From assembly GCF_964204645.1 (NCBI RefSeq), contig NC_134028.1:26222345-26286344 (forward strand): a stretch of 64,000 bases of DNA. The letters run 5' to 3'. This document shows positions 62,629-64,000 of the stretch, in pieces. The notes below the pieces were generated by a model that had not been told where the DNA came from, searched no databases, and worked only from the letters and a program-made list of their open reading frames with translations. Source of the stretch: Tubulanus polymorphus (lineage: Eukaryota; Animalia; Nemertea). The position numbers and the translations under genes are program-made. Numbering within the stretch: the stretch's first letter is position 1; each line of letters starts with the position of its first letter.

Positions 62629-64000
62629 ATGGCGTCGAAAAAGGGCGTACCGGACGATGTGGCGTCGTTCGTTCCGGATAAAGTGAAAAAAGCGGAAAAA
62701 CGAATCGAGGAATTCCCGTACGACACAGAGGCGTGGAGCGTGCTGATACGCGACGCTCAAACCAAACTGATTGAAGAGGCGCGAAAAACGTACGAACGCC
62801 TCGTAAATCAGTTCCCGAACGCCGGCAAATACTGGAAAATATACATCGAGCAAGAAATGAAAGTGAAAAACTACGAACGCGTCGAAAAACTGTTTCAACG
62901 ATGTCTGATGAAAGTTCTCAATATCGACTTGTGGAAGACTTACATCACGTATATCAAAGAAACGAAGAGTAAATTACCGTCGTATCGTGAAAAGATGGCG
63001 CAAGCGTACGATTTCGCGTTGGATAAAATGGGTATGGATATCATGTCATACGGCATCTGGTCGGATTATATCACGTTTTTGAAATCGGTGGAAGCTGTCG
63101 GTTCCTACGCCGAGAATCAGCGTATAACGGCCGTACGTAAGGTTTACCAGCGCGGAGTAATCAACCCGATGATCAGCATCGAGGCGTTGTGGAAGGATTA
63201 CTGTGCCTACGAAAACAGCATCAATCCGTTAATCGCGAAAAAAATGACCGAAGATCGTTCGCGCGATTACATGAACGCGCGTCGAGTGGCGCGCGAATAC
63301 GAGCTCGTGACGCGCGGGCTGAACCGGTCGACGCCGTCGACTCCTCCGCAGAACACGCCCGACGAGGCGAAACAGGTCGATCTGTGGAAGAAGTACATCG
63401 CGTGGGAACGGGGTAATCCGCTGCGTACGGAGGACCACGCGTGCGTCACTAAACGCGTTATGTTCGCGTATGAACAGTGTTTGTTGTGTTTGGGGCATCA
63501 TCCCGACGTCTGGTACGAGGCTGCGTCGTATCTCGAACAGTCGAGTAAATTACTCGCCGAGAAAGGCGATCAGAACGCCGGTAAGCTGTTCGCCGATGAA
63601 GCTGCCGCGATGTTCGAACGCGCGACGTCGACGCTGCTTAAAGAGAACGTATTGTTGTATTTCGCGTTCGCCGATTTCGAGGAAAGTCGCATGAAATACG
63701 AAAAAGTTCACGGCATTTATAAGAAATTGATCGGTATCGAAACGGTCGATCCGACGCTGCCGTACGTGCAGTATATGAAGTTCGCGCGACGCGCCGAAGG
63801 CATCAAATCGGCGCGTAACGTGTTCAAGTTGGCGCGTGAGGACGTGCGGTCGAATTTCCACGTATACGTGGCGGCCGCGCTGATGGAGTACTACTGCAGC
63901 AAGGACAAAACGGTCGCGTTCAAGATATTCGAACTCGGTTTGAAGAAATACGGTCACATCCCGGACTATATCACGGCGTACATCGATTACATGTCGCATC
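62629..64000 (+). CDS. CSTF3: Cleavage stimulation factor 77 kDa subunit (CstF-77 / suppressor of forked), intron-free, 3' partial
   Basis: Continuous ORF, absent from the track because it has no stop in the window: MASKK...[15 protein letters not shown]...[16 protein letters not shown]...[11 protein letters not shown]...[13 protein letters not shown]...[18 protein letters not shown] (HAT repeats). Probable 5'UTR intron 61998-62571. Confidence 0.96.
   Translation, partial: MASKKGVPDDVASFVPDKVKKAEKRIEEFPYDTEAWSVLIRDAQTKLIEEARKTYERLVNQFPNAGKYWKIYIEQEMKVKNYERVEKLFQRCLMKVLNIDLWKTYITYIKETKSKLPSYREKMAQAYDFALDKMGMDIMSYGIWSDYITFLKSVEAVGSYAENQRITAVRKVYQRGVINPMISIEALWKDYCAYENSINPLIAKKMTEDRSRDYMNARRVAREYELVTRGLNRSTPSTPPQNTPDEAKQVDLWKKYIAWERGNPLRTEDHACVTKRVMFAYEQCLLCLGHHPDVWYEAASYLEQSSKLLAEKGDQNAGKLFADEAAAMFERATSTLLKENVLLYFAFADFEESRMKYEKVHGIYKKLIGIETVDPTLPYVQYMKFARRAEGIKSARNVFKLAREDVRSNFHVYVAAALMEYYCSKDKTVAFKIFELGLKKYGHIPDYITAYIDYMSH

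Noticed and set aside
62539-63999. Track ORFs 62539-62898, 63189-63416, 63229-63501, 63470-63694, 63550-63999
   Set aside because: Shadow frames of the CSTF3 CDS.

Overview
AT-rich, intron-rich invertebrate (bilaterian-type) genomic DNA, not prokaryotic. Four genes were reconstructed by hand. (1) lethal(2) giant larvae/LLGL on the - strand (CDS 9055 to <1, 14 coding exons in view, one U12-type intron). (2) Head-to-head with it, a ~45 kb type II transmembrane collagen of the MACIT family (COL13/23/25-like) on the + strand, 11657-56322, with >35 small exons. (3) DDIT4/REDD1 (scylla/charybde-like), 58901-59943. (4) CSTF3/CstF-77 from 62629, with an intron-free CDS running off the window. Introns carry several MITE families, a hAT remnant, minisatellites and a SINE-like pair. 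The most unusual signal is an apparent alternative-splicing system in the collagen: four tandem paralogous phase-0 exons each encoding the C-terminal NC4 Cys motif, a candidate exclusive NC-linker exon pair, a hidden Arg-rich furin-site cassette exon, position-specific clusters of RBFOX GCATG motifs, and candidate long-range RNA pairings. Also notable is an AATAAA plus 5' splice-site tandem array just upstream of the intronless CstF-77. All exon models come from reading frames and splice signals only; no transcript data or database searches were used.
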